Positions 25,783-33,602 of a stretch of 41,667 nt of DNA are shown here, one piece after another; positions within the stretch are counted from its first letter, which is position 1; each line of letters starts with the position of its first letter. The notes below the pieces were generated by a model. It saw only the letters and a program-made list of their open reading frames with translations, was not told where the DNA came from and did no database searches. Made by a program: the position numbers and the translations under genes. Origin of the DNA: Deltaproteobacteria bacterium (GTDB taxonomy: Bacteria; Myxococcota; JACRCW01); assembly GCA_016218805.1 (NCBI GenBank), contig JACRCW010000108.1, forward strand, positions 1 to 41,667, in the 5' to 3' direction.

Positions 25783-26754
25783 ATGCAGAAACCGCGCCGC
25801 GCTTCCAAGACAGGTAAGAAGACCAAACCCGCCGCCCGCCGTGTCACCCGCACGCGCACCGTCAACCTGCAGGCCAGCGTCAAGATGCGCGCCGCGCAGG
25901 TGGACCGCGAACTGGGCCGCACGCTGGGCCGCCTGCGCGACTTCCCCGCGCACGGCGGTGTGTCCCCGCCCACGCGCCTGCTGGCCGCCATGGCCCACAG
26001 CCTGCTGGCGGGCGGCAAGCGCCTGCGCCCGGTCATCTGCATTGAGAGCTGCGTGGCCGCCGGTGGCCACGCGCCCGCCGCGTTCCGCAGCGCGTGCGCG
26101 CTGGAGATGGTGCACACCTACAGCCTCATCCATGACGATCTCCCCGCCATGGACGACGACGACCTGCGCCGCGGGCAGCCCACGTGCCACAAGGCGTTTG
26201 ACGAGGCGACGGCGATCCTCGCCGGGGATGGGCTGCTGACGGACGCGTTCCTGGTGCTGGCGCAGGCGCCGCGCAACCCGCTTCGGCAGGTGACGGAGCT
26301 GGCGGCGGCGGCGGGCAGCTTTGGCATGGTGGGCGGGCAGATGGATGACATCCTGGCGGAGGGCCAGGACCCCGCGCAGGTGGAGCTGGAGGCCATCCAC
26401 CGCCGCAAGACGGGCCGGCTGTTCGTGGCGTCGTCGGTGCTGGGCGGATTGTGCGCCGGGGCCGGGGACCGCGAGATTGCCGCGCTGCGGACGTACGGGG
26501 CGGCGTTGGGGTTTGCCTTCCAGGTGTGGGACGACGTGCTGGACGTTGTTGACACCACCGGTAAGGGCGGCAAAGGCGTGGGCCGAGACGAGAAGCACGA
26601 CAAGGCGACGTACGTGCGGCGGCACGGGCTGGACGGTGCGCGGTTCCTGGCGCACCAGGCGGCGGACCGCGCGGTGCACGCGCTCAAGCCGTTCGGGAAG
26701 CGCGGCGCGGTGCTGGCGGCGCTGGCGCGTTACGCGGTGGAACGGGATCACTGA
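25783..26754 (+). CDS. ispA: Short-chain polyprenyl (farnesyl/geranylgeranyl) diphosphate synthase
   Basis: GGKRLRP, HTYSLIHDDLPAMDDDDLRRG (FARM), GQ.DD, KTG, FQVWDDVLD (SARM); follows xseB. Confidence 0.93.
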   Translation: MQKPRRASKTGKKTKPAARRVTRTRTVNLQASVKMRAAQVDRELGRTLGRLRDFPAHGGVSPPTRLLAAMAHSLLAGGKRLRPVICIESCVAAGGHAPAAFRSACALEMVHTYSLIHDDLPAMDDDDLRRGQPTCHKAFDEATAILAGDGLLTDAFLVLAQAPRNPLRQVTELAAAAGSFGMVGGQMDDILAEGQDPAQVELEAIHRRKTGRLFVASSVLGGLCAGAGDREIAALRTYGAALGFAFQVWDDVLDVVDTTGKGGKGVGRDEKHDKATYVRRHGLDGARFLAHQAADRAVHALKPFGKRGAVLAALARYAVERDH

Positions 26755-27018
26755 GTGGACGCGCAGACGATGACCACGGCGCTCGGGCTGGTGGCCGGGA
26801 CGCTGACGACGGTAGCGTTCATCCCCCAGCTGCTGCTGGTGGTGCGCACGCGCTCCGCCAAGGACATCTCACTGGGGATGTTCATCATCTTTTCGGTGGG
26901 CGTGTTCCTGTGGATGATCTACGGGATCATCAACCATGACGTGCCGGTGATCCTGGCCAACGCCATCACGCTGGGCCTGGCGCTGGTGATCCTGTGGTTC
27001 AAGATCACGCTGCGCTGA
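26755..27018 (+). CDS. SemiSWEET/PQ-loop (MtN3) family transporter
   Basis: AGTLTTVAFIPQ, RSAKDISLGMF, LWMIYG, PVILAN; 3 TM helices. Start GTG 26755 or ATG 26770. Confidence 0.92.
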   Translation: MDAQTMTTALGLVAGTLTTVAFIPQLLLVVRTRSAKDISLGMFIIFSVGVFLWMIYGIINHDVPVILANAITLGLALVILWFKITLR

Positions 27019-27052
27019 CGGCACTTTGACGTCGTGGGAGGCTGCGGGACGT

Positions 27053-27142
27053 GGCTCGCCGGGAGGCTCGCCCTCCCAGGACGTCCGCTGGGAAACCGGT
27101 TGCTTCCTCCGCTTCCCGGGAGGGCGAGGCTCCTGCCGAGCC
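27053..27142. repeat. Inverted pair of 25-bp REP-like elements (REPIN-like doublet) between convergent genes
   Basis: GGCTCGCCGGGAGGCTCGCCCTCCC (27053-27077) matches the reverse complement of GGGAGGGCGAGGCTCCTGCCGAGCC (27118-27142) at 22/25 positions; 40-nt spacer. Confidence 0.75.
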
Positions 27143-27146
27143 CGGC

Positions 27147-28301
27147 TCAGCGCAGACCGTGCTGGAACGGGACCACCGTTCCCTGCCGTTCAAACGTGAC
27201 CGTGAAACCGAAACGGAACGAGAACCGGTCTGCACCCTCAAACAACGCAACCGGCGGATTGGGAAACGGTCCGGCGGCGCGCACCGCGCGGCTCGCCTCG
27301 TCGTCAAGGTCGTCGTTCCCGCTGAAGCGGTCCACCTGAACGCCCACCACGCGCCCGTCGCGGTCCAGCGTGATCTCCACCAGCGTGAAGCGCCGGCGCA
27401 CGCGCCCGGAGCGGTCCGGCGCGTTGGCCCGCAGCACGCTTTCGGGGTGCCAGGTGCGGCGCACCGCCTCGGAGATGCGGTTGAAGTAGCTCGCGTACTT
27501 CCACTGCCGCGCGTTGAGGTACGTACCGGTGCCCTCCTCCACGTCGTCCAGCGCGTCGTTGGCCGGGGCACCACCCGCCACCCGCGCCGCCGTCGCGTCG
27601 TCCGGGTAGAGGTTGCGCGGTGCATCCGCATCGTCGCGGCCGCCCTCGTCCGCCGCCGTGCCCGCCGTGCCCTCGTCAGCGTCGCTCGCCACCTCGGTGT
27701 CGGATGCGCCGCGATTGCCCCCGTGCGCGCTCTCCTGCGCGGCCCGCCACATGGCCAGCCAGCCCGGGCCGCGAAACCCGCCGGCCGTGGCGCCGGAGAC
27801 GTGCTCCGCGTGTTCCTGCGGCGCGCCCGGTTCCTCGGCGGGCGGTTGCGGAGCGCCGGTCTCGGCGGACACCTCGTGCGCCACCGGTGCGGGCTCGTGC
27901 ACCTCCCGCGCGCGCGTCTCCTCCCGCACCTTGTGGTCCTGCTCGCTGACAAACTTCGCCTGCTCGGGCCGCTCCGGCGTCGCCGTGCGCGGCAGGCGGA
28001 CAATCTGCCCATCGGGCCGCGGCGGGTCGGGGCGCTCCACGGGTCTTGGCGCGGTCCGCTCGGCGGGATGCGGCCGAATGACCGCTTCCGCCATGCCGTT
28101 GGGCACCTTCGAGGACGGCTGGAACGTCACCGTGATCGCCGTGCGGTTCGTCGTTGGGAGGCGTTCCTCGGGGAGCTGGCGCACCGTCACTGCAAACCCC
28201 ACGTGCAGCACCGCGGACAGCCCCAGCGCGACAACGAGCGCGAGGCGCCCACGCGAACGCCAGGACACCGGGGCGCGGGAGGCGGAGACTGCCGACGACA
28301 T
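27147..28301 (-). CDS. TonB-family energy-transducer-like protein
   Basis: N-terminal TM ALGLSAVLHVGF (SxxxH), Pro/Glu-rich spacer, C-terminal YASYFNRI...W...VEITLDRDGRV...SGNDDLDDEA.RAVRAAGPFPNPP. Start may be 28358. Confidence 0.85.
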   Translation of the reverse strand: MSSAVSASRAPVSWRSRGRLALVVALGLSAVLHVGFAVTVRQLPEERLPTTNRTAITVTFQPSSKVPNGMAEAVIRPHPAERTAPRPVERPDPPRPDGQIVRLPRTATPERPEQAKFVSEQDHKVREETRAREVHEPAPVAHEVSAETGAPQPPAEEPGAPQEHAEHVSGATAGGFRGPGWLAMWRAAQESAHGGNRGASDTEVASDADEGTAGTAADEGGRDDADAPRNLYPDDATAARVAGGAPANDALDDVEEGTGTYLNARQWKYASYFNRISEAVRRTWHPESVLRANAPDRSGRVRRRFTLVEITLDRDGRVVGVQVDRFSGNDDLDDEASRAVRAAGPFPNPPVALFEGADRFSFRFGFTVTFERQGTVVPFQHGLR

Positions 28302-28453
28302 GGGGCGGCGCACCTTAGCGGAAGCCGCGGCGTCACGCGCGCGCACCCCGCGTGACATCCGTGTCGCACCGGCAACACCTGCCGGGTGCGGCTTCTCGTC
28401 GTCACCCGGGCGTGGCGCACCGTTTGCTTGGCCGCGGGCGCCGGAGGTGGTGC

Positions 28454-29287
28454 ATGCACGGGTGGCTGGCGAAGTGGCGTCCCTGGTTCCTGGTCCTTGG
28501 CACGGTGGCCGCGTGCGACCCGCAGTGTGCCGGTGGCAACGAGCAGCAGGCCTCCGGGTGTGATGTCAACGTGGGGCCGTTCTTCCCGGGCTGCGCCGCG
28601 CGTATCGACCATGCGGAACGGCAGGCCGACGGAGAGACGTACCGCATCTTTGGCAGCGCCAACGCGGGGGACCTCGTGTCGCTGCACCCAGACGGCTGCG
28701 GCGGCCCCGTTGTGGACAGCACCACGGCGGACAGCGGCGGCGGATTCGAGTTTCTCGTGGTGGTCCCGGTTGGGACCCGGCGGACCTACAACGTGTCCTC
28801 CCGCCAGCCCAACACGGATCCGAGCGCAGACACCTGCTGCGGCGGGGCGGTGCTCAACAACGGGATGGTCGTTGACAACCTCGCCCCAGCTCCGCCGCGG
28901 GGGATGACGTGGCGGCCGGAGACCGCCTGGGGCTGCCGCCAGCTCGTGGCCGGGCTGGCCGAGCCGCGCGCCACGGTGAGCGTGTTCGCGGACCCCGACT
29001 GCACGGTGGTGGTCCCTGCCTGCGGGACCACGGCCGCGGTGCGCGTGAACCACGAGGGAACCTGGATCCACTACACGGCCCGCAGCGAGCCGGACCCGAG
29101 CCTCGCCTTCTATGCCCGGTTGACGGACACCTCCGGCAACGTCTCAACGTGTGCGGGCCCTGCGGAGCTGGAGCCCGGCTTTGACGGCGGCGGAGTGCCA
29201 GCCGACGCCGGCCTGCTGGATGCGGGATGGGATGACGCGGGCCCGGGTGACGCGAGTGTCCCCGACGCGGCGGCGGACGCGGGCTGA
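28454..29287 (+). CDS. Cys-rich putative lipoprotein with Ig-like beta repeats and DAG-rich tail
   Basis: GGAGG RBS, signal ending VAAC, G.AEP.ATV.VF.D..C and YARLTDTSGNVS.C Ig-like pattern. Confidence 0.65.
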   Translation: MHGWLAKWRPWFLVLGTVAACDPQCAGGNEQQASGCDVNVGPFFPGCAARIDHAERQADGETYRIFGSANAGDLVSLHPDGCGGPVVDSTTADSGGGFEFLVVVPVGTRRTYNVSSRQPNTDPSADTCCGGAVLNNGMVVDNLAPAPPRGMTWRPETAWGCRQLVAGLAEPRATVSVFADPDCTVVVPACGTTAAVRVNHEGTWIHYTARSEPDPSLAFYARLTDTSGNVSTCAGPAELEPGFDGGGVPADAGLLDAGWDDAGPGDASVPDAAADAG

Positions 29288-29291
29288 GGCG

Positions 29292-30347
29292 TCACGCGCG
29301 CACGGTGCCCCACGCGGTGATCTCGTTCTTGTTGTTGTCCAGTTGCCGCAGCACGAACTCGGCAGCGTGCGCGCGCAAGATGCCCTTCACGTCCTCCAGG
29401 CGGCCGTGGTCCTCGTCGCCACGGAACTTCACGGTCACGCAGAACTTCCGGCACAGCTTCTGCCGCGTCCAGTGGCGCAGCAGCGTGACGGTGCGCTCCG
29501 GGAACGCAATGAGGTCGCACACCAGCCAGTCCACGGGCACCTTGGGCTCCCAGCTGAACGCGTCACCCTCAACAAACTTCACCGCCGGGTGGCGCATCAC
29601 GTCCGCGCGCAGCGGGCTGCGGTCTACGGCGGTCACGCGCGCGCCCTGCTCCACCGCCACCCACGTCCACCCGCCGGGGCTGGCGCCCAGGTCCACCACC
29701 GTCTCGCCCTTCTGGAAGGTGGTGCCCATGTGGCGCAGCGCTTCGCGCAGCTTGAGGTGCGCGCGCGAGGGCGGCCGCTTGTCCTCCGGGATCACCACCC
29801 GCCCGCCCGGGAACCGGCTCATCACCGCGCGCAGCCGCTCGCGCGCCACCGCGTCACACACGCTCACCACCGCGCGCGTGGGCGTGGCCAGCGCCACCTG
29901 CACCAGCAGCTCGTCCTCGCGCCAGGCGCCATCCGGCGCGGCGGCGCGGCCGCGCATCGCGCCGCCCGCGGACTTCCGCAGCTCGTCCACCACCGCGTCA
30001 CGCACGCGCTCCACCCGCGCGGCGCGCACGGGAGAGCCGCGGTACTCGTGACAAAACGCATGCAGCCGCCAGGCTCCCGCGTGTTGCACCACCGCGGGCG
30101 CGATGACCGCGGACGCCGCCACCGCCAGTTCGCGCGCGGAGGCGCCCTCCACGTCCACGGCGGATGGCAGGCACTGCGCGCTGAAAGCCAGGTGCACCGG
30201 GACCTGCGCCTGCTGCGCGTCCAGCGTGCACGCCAGAAACCCCTCGGCCACCGTCTCGACGGTCACGCCGGGGAACGCGCGGCGCAGCTCCGCGGCAAGC
30301 GCCGCTTCCATGCCGGGCCGGCATGCGTGCACGCGGCGTTCGTCCAT
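29292..30347 (-). CDS. rlmM: RlmM-like (FtsJ-family) 23S rRNA 2'-O-methyltransferase
   Basis: CRPGMEAALAAEL, PSRAHLKLREA, DLGASPGGWT, AVD, DWLVCD, NKNEIT. Confidence 0.8.
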   Translation of the reverse strand: MDERRVHACRPGMEAALAAELRRAFPGVTVETVAEGFLACTLDAQQAQVPVHLAFSAQCLPSAVDVEGASARELAVAASAVIAPAVVQHAGAWRLHAFCHEYRGSPVRAARVERVRDAVVDELRKSAGGAMRGRAAAPDGAWREDELLVQVALATPTRAVVSVCDAVARERLRAVMSRFPGGRVVIPEDKRPPSRAHLKLREALRHMGTTFQKGETVVDLGASPGGWTWVAVEQGARVTAVDRSPLRADVMRHPAVKFVEGDAFSWEPKVPVDWLVCDLIAFPERTVTLLRHWTRQKLCRKFCVTVKFRGDEDHGRLEDVKGILRAHAAEFVLRQLDNNKNEITAWGTVRA

Positions 30348-30392
30348 GACGGCCCCATACCACGCGTGGGATGCTGCGCGCGGGAGGACGCC

Positions 30393-31709
30393 ATGAAGCG
30401 TCTTGTGGACGGGGTGCATGCGTGGGTCCACCGTGCGCCGTTTGGCATTGAGGTGGCCAGCGGTCTCACGCAGCGCGCGCTGACGCTCCCGCCGGACCTG
30501 CTGGGCGAAATCATCCCGCTGGCGCACGGCCTCCCCGACGACGAACCCGCCGGCGAGGCGTACCGCCGCCTGCGCGAAGCAGGCCTGGCCGACGCAGACC
30601 TTCCCGCGGTGGACCGCACCGTCGTCGAGCACCTGCGGCGTCTGGGCGCGGGTTACGCCTGGCAGCTCGCCGGGCACAAGGACGCGCCGCGGCTGGTTGA
30701 GGTGGTGCGGGCGGTGAATGCGCAGCGCAAGATCACGTTTGACCAGTTTGGCCAGACCACCGTGCTGCCGGAGACGGCGGTGTCCCGCGCGCTGGAGCTG
30801 CGGCGGCGGCTGGGGAAGAAGGCCCGCGTCCTGCTCATTGGTGACGACGACATGCAGTCCCCGCTGCTGACGGCGATGGGCCAGCGCGTGAGCGTGCTTG
30901 AGATCGACCCTGAGCTGGTGCGCTTCCTGCGGCGCACGTGCGCGGACGCGGGCGCTGACGTCGACGCGCGCTGCCTGGATGTGCGCGTGCCGTTCCCAGC
31001 GGACTGGGCCGGCGCGTTTGACGCGGTGCTGACTGACCCCATGACGTTTGAGCCGTGCCTGGTGGCGTTCCTGGCGCGCGCGGCCAATGCGCTGCGGCCC
31101 GGTGGCCTGCTGCTGTGCGCGGTGCACACGGCGGGGGGCGCGCTGTGGCGGCAGGTGCTCCCGCGTCTCCCATTCCGCGAACTCGACGTGATGGGCGCGC
31201 TGCACGCCTATCACGACGAGGGCTTCACGGAGAGCTGGTACCACTCGGACCTGCATGTACTGCGGCGCACGCGCGGCGCCGCGCCGTTTTCCCCTGACCA
31301 GGACATCCCGTTCCCCGAACTGATCCTGGGCGCACATGGCGGCCCGTGGCACGGCATCCTGTGGGCGGCCAGTTCGCCGTGGCGGCGGCCGCGGTTTGAC
31401 GTGCTGGCGGACCGGTTCCGCAGCTGGCCGGCCCTGGCGCGGCTGGAGGTGCTGGAGGAGTTGCGTGACGAGGACGACCGCTGGAGCCGGCTCACCCTGG
31501 TGACGCGCGGCGGCGGCCACGCGGTGCTGGCGTATGACACGCGGCGCGGCCTGCTGTGCGCCACGCTGTTCCCCTACACCACCGAGCGCGCCAACCTGCT
31601 GCGCAGCCACCTCGCCCCCGTGTTCACGGGCGTGTCCGAGGGCACCTACCGCTGCGAGGCGCCACCGTTGCGCGTGCCGGACTTGGCACCCAGCCGCGCC
31701 AGCAGGTGA
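30393..31709 (+). CDS. BpsA-like (N4-bis(aminopropyl)spermidine synthase family) aminopropyltransferase with C-terminal degenerate AdoMetDC-like domain
   Basis: GGAGG RBS; FDQ...PETAVSRA, VLLIGDDDMQS, VLEIDPEL, DVR.PFP, FDAVLTDP, FLARA signature; about 100-aa C-terminal extension with GGGH...LFPY. Confidence 0.8.
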   Translation: MKRLVDGVHAWVHRAPFGIEVASGLTQRALTLPPDLLGEIIPLAHGLPDDEPAGEAYRRLREAGLADADLPAVDRTVVEHLRRLGAGYAWQLAGHKDAPRLVEVVRAVNAQRKITFDQFGQTTVLPETAVSRALELRRRLGKKARVLLIGDDDMQSPLLTAMGQRVSVLEIDPELVRFLRRTCADAGADVDARCLDVRVPFPADWAGAFDAVLTDPMTFEPCLVAFLARAANALRPGGLLLCAVHTAGGALWRQVLPRLPFRELDVMGALHAYHDEGFTESWYHSDLHVLRRTRGAAPFSPDQDIPFPELILGAHGGPWHGILWAASSPWRRPRFDVLADRFRSWPALARLEVLEELRDEDDRWSRLTLVTRGGGHAVLAYDTRRGLLCATLFPYTTERANLLRSHLAPVFTGVSEGTYRCEAPPLRVPDLAPSRASR

Positions 31710-32746
31710 TGGGCCAGCGCGGCGTCCAGGCCGGCATGGAACGGGAACAGATCCCAGGAGAACCGCCCGGTCCCCAGGTTCCATGACGTGGACAGGTGCC
31801 CTCCGTCCGCAAACGCGGCAAAGAAGTGCCAATGACCCACCTCGGGGACCTCGCGCGTTGACGTCGGCACGGCGCCGCACGCGGCCAGCGCGCGCTCCAC
31901 GGCGTGCCGGGCGTCCGCGGTGCGGTCCGGGCCTGCCACCAGGATCACGTCGCTGTGGGCATGCGTGTCACCCAGCGGTGCGCCCGGCACGGCGTCATCC
32001 ACCGGCGTCTCCTCGGCGGCGCGCGCTCCCTGCCGCCGGAACAGCCAGTGATCCCACCTGTGCGCGGCGGGGATCAGCCCGGGCAGCAGCACCGCGGTGT
32101 GCTCCTGCATGCACTCGGTGATGACCAGCCCGCGCGGACCGGCAGCGGCCACCACGTGGTCCCGCAGCAGCGGATGCGCCACCAGCGAAACCCGGCCGCC
32201 GTCCCTGGCGCGCGCGGCGGCCACCACCAGCTGCCGGCCCATCCACGCCGCGGTCTGCGGCGGATCCACGAACACGACGTCACACGGGTGCTCCGTCTGT
32301 GCCGCGCCGCGCGCCAGCACCGGCCCGTCACACCCGGTCATCTCCACGCGCATGCCGCGGCGCGCCGCGACGATTCCCGGCCACCCGCGTCCACCCAGCA
32401 CACCCACGCGCGCACCACGGCGCGTTCCCTGCAGCGCCTGCCGCGCGCGCAGCACCACGGACTCCGGGACGGGCGTGGTGTTGCCGTGCGGGTCATCAAA
32501 CAGCCTGAACCCGGCCATGGCGCGCCGCACCGCCGTCACCTCCGCGGCCGCGCCGTCCCACCCGCGCAGCGCCCACGCCCACGGCTTTCCCGCCTGCGCC
32601 AGCGCGCGCAACCACGCAGGGTCCACACCGCCCAGGTCAGCGCTGGCGCCGCGCTGCTCACGCACGCCCGTCCGCCCCAACCGCCGGATCTCCATCATCC
32701 CGTCGCGTGACACCACCGCGTATTGGCTGGGCCCCAGGCGTTGCAT
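31646..32746 (-). CDS. Degenerate paralog of the BpsA-like/AdoMetDC-like fusion (lacks GDDD)
   Basis: Collinear motifs FDDPHGNTTPVPESVVLRA, ARVGVLG, CDVVFVDPP, RDGGRVSLVAH, DHWLFRR, DGGHLS...DLFPF. N-terminus MQRL parallels MKRL. Confidence 0.7.
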   Translation of the reverse strand: MQRLGPSQYAVVSRDGMMEIRRLGRTGVREQRGASADLGGVDPAWLRALAQAGKPWAWALRGWDGAAAEVTAVRRAMAGFRLFDDPHGNTTPVPESVVLRARQALQGTRRGARVGVLGGRGWPGIVAARRGMRVEMTGCDGPVLARGAAQTEHPCDVVFVDPPQTAAWMGRQLVVAAARARDGGRVSLVAHPLLRDHVVAAAGPRGLVITECMQEHTAVLLPGLIPAAHRWDHWLFRRQGARAAEETPVDDAVPGAPLGDTHAHSDVILVAGPDRTADARHAVERALAACGAVPTSTREVPEVGHWHFFAAFADGGHLSTSWNLGTGRFSWDLFPFHAGLDAALAHHLLARLGAKSGTRNGGASQR

Positions 32747-32818
32747 GGTGCGGCACCCTAGCAGCCTTTCCTGGCGGGCCGCAGGCATTGCAGGATGGCG
32801 GAAACCCGAGGTGACCGC

Positions 32819-33094
32819 ATGGACTGGAAGCTGTTCGCGACGACGTTTGGGTTGGTGTTCATGGCGGAGCTGGGTGACAAGACACAGCTTGCCACGCTGG
32901 TGCTGGCGTCTGAGGGCGAGGGGAAGTGGATGGTGTTTGCCGGGTCCGCGCTGGCGCTGGTGACCACCAGCGCGCTGGCGGTGCTGGGCGGGGAGCTGGT
33001 GTCCCGGGTGGTCCCGCCGGGGGTGTTGCCCAAGGTGGCGGGGGTGCTTTTCGTGCTGCTTGGACTCTGGATGATCCTCGCCAAAGGGGATTGA
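32819..33094 (+). CDS. UPF0016 (GDT1/TMEM165) family membrane protein, single-repeat form
   Basis: FMAELGDKTQLA motif, 3 TM helices; GAGGTG RBS. Confidence 0.92.
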   Translation: MDWKLFATTFGLVFMAELGDKTQLATLVLASEGEGKWMVFAGSALALVTTSALAVLGGELVSRVVPPGVLPKVAGVLFVLLGLWMILAKGD

Positions 33095-33105
33095 GGAGGC
33101 GGCAC

Positions 33106-33528
33106 ATGTTCCGGGAGATCGTGGTGGGCTTTGATGGTTCCGACCCGTCACGTCGGGCCTTTGAACGCGCGGTGGAGATGGCGCGTGCAGAGGGCGGGCG
33201 TGTGACGCTGGTGTACGCGTTTGACCCGGTGCCGTTCACGCCGCTGGAGGTGTACGGCGTGGCGCCGCCCACGGTGCGGTCCACGGAGATTGAGCGCGCG
33301 CACAAGATGCTGCAGCACGCGGCCGAGCGCGCGGACAACGTGAAGACGGACGTGGTGGTGGAGACCGGCTACCCGGCGGACGTCCTGGTGGAGACGGCCA
33401 AGGCGCGCAAGGCAGACCTGGTCGTCGTCGGCTCGCGCGGGATGCGGGCCATTGGGCGGTTCATGCTGGGTTCCGTGAGTGACCGGGTGGTGCACATGGC
33501 GCCGTGCGCGGTGCTGGTGGTGCACTGA
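33106..33528 (+). CDS. Universal stress protein (UspA family)
   Basis: IVVGFDGS..S.RA, G.PAD.L, ADLVVVGSRG...LGSVSDRVVHMAPCAVLVV; GAGGAGG RBS. Confidence 0.95.
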   Translation: MFREIVVGFDGSDPSRRAFERAVEMARAEGGRVTLVYAFDPVPFTPLEVYGVAPPTVRSTEIERAHKMLQHAAERADNVKTDVVVETGYPADVLVETAKARKADLVVVGSRGMRAIGRFMLGSVSDRVVHMAPCAVLVVH

Positions 33529-33536
33529 GGCAGCTG

Positions 33537-33581
33537 AAAAACCGCGGTGCCCTCCTCCGCGGGAAGCGGACAAGGGCACCG
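33537..33581 (-). terminator. Rho-independent terminator between convergent usp and response-regulator genes
   Basis: Stem cggtgccct..tccgc / gcgga..agggcaccg with an A-run at 33537-33541, which is a U-tract on the minus strand. Confidence 0.65.
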
Positions 33582-33602
33582 GGGTGAACCGTGCGGACGT
33601 TC

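Noticed and set aside
29151..31880. 852-aa (+) and 862-aa (-) ORFs as giant overlapping proteins
   Set aside because: Their N-terminal halves are antisense shadows. The supported starts are 30393 (+, RBS) and 30347 (-).
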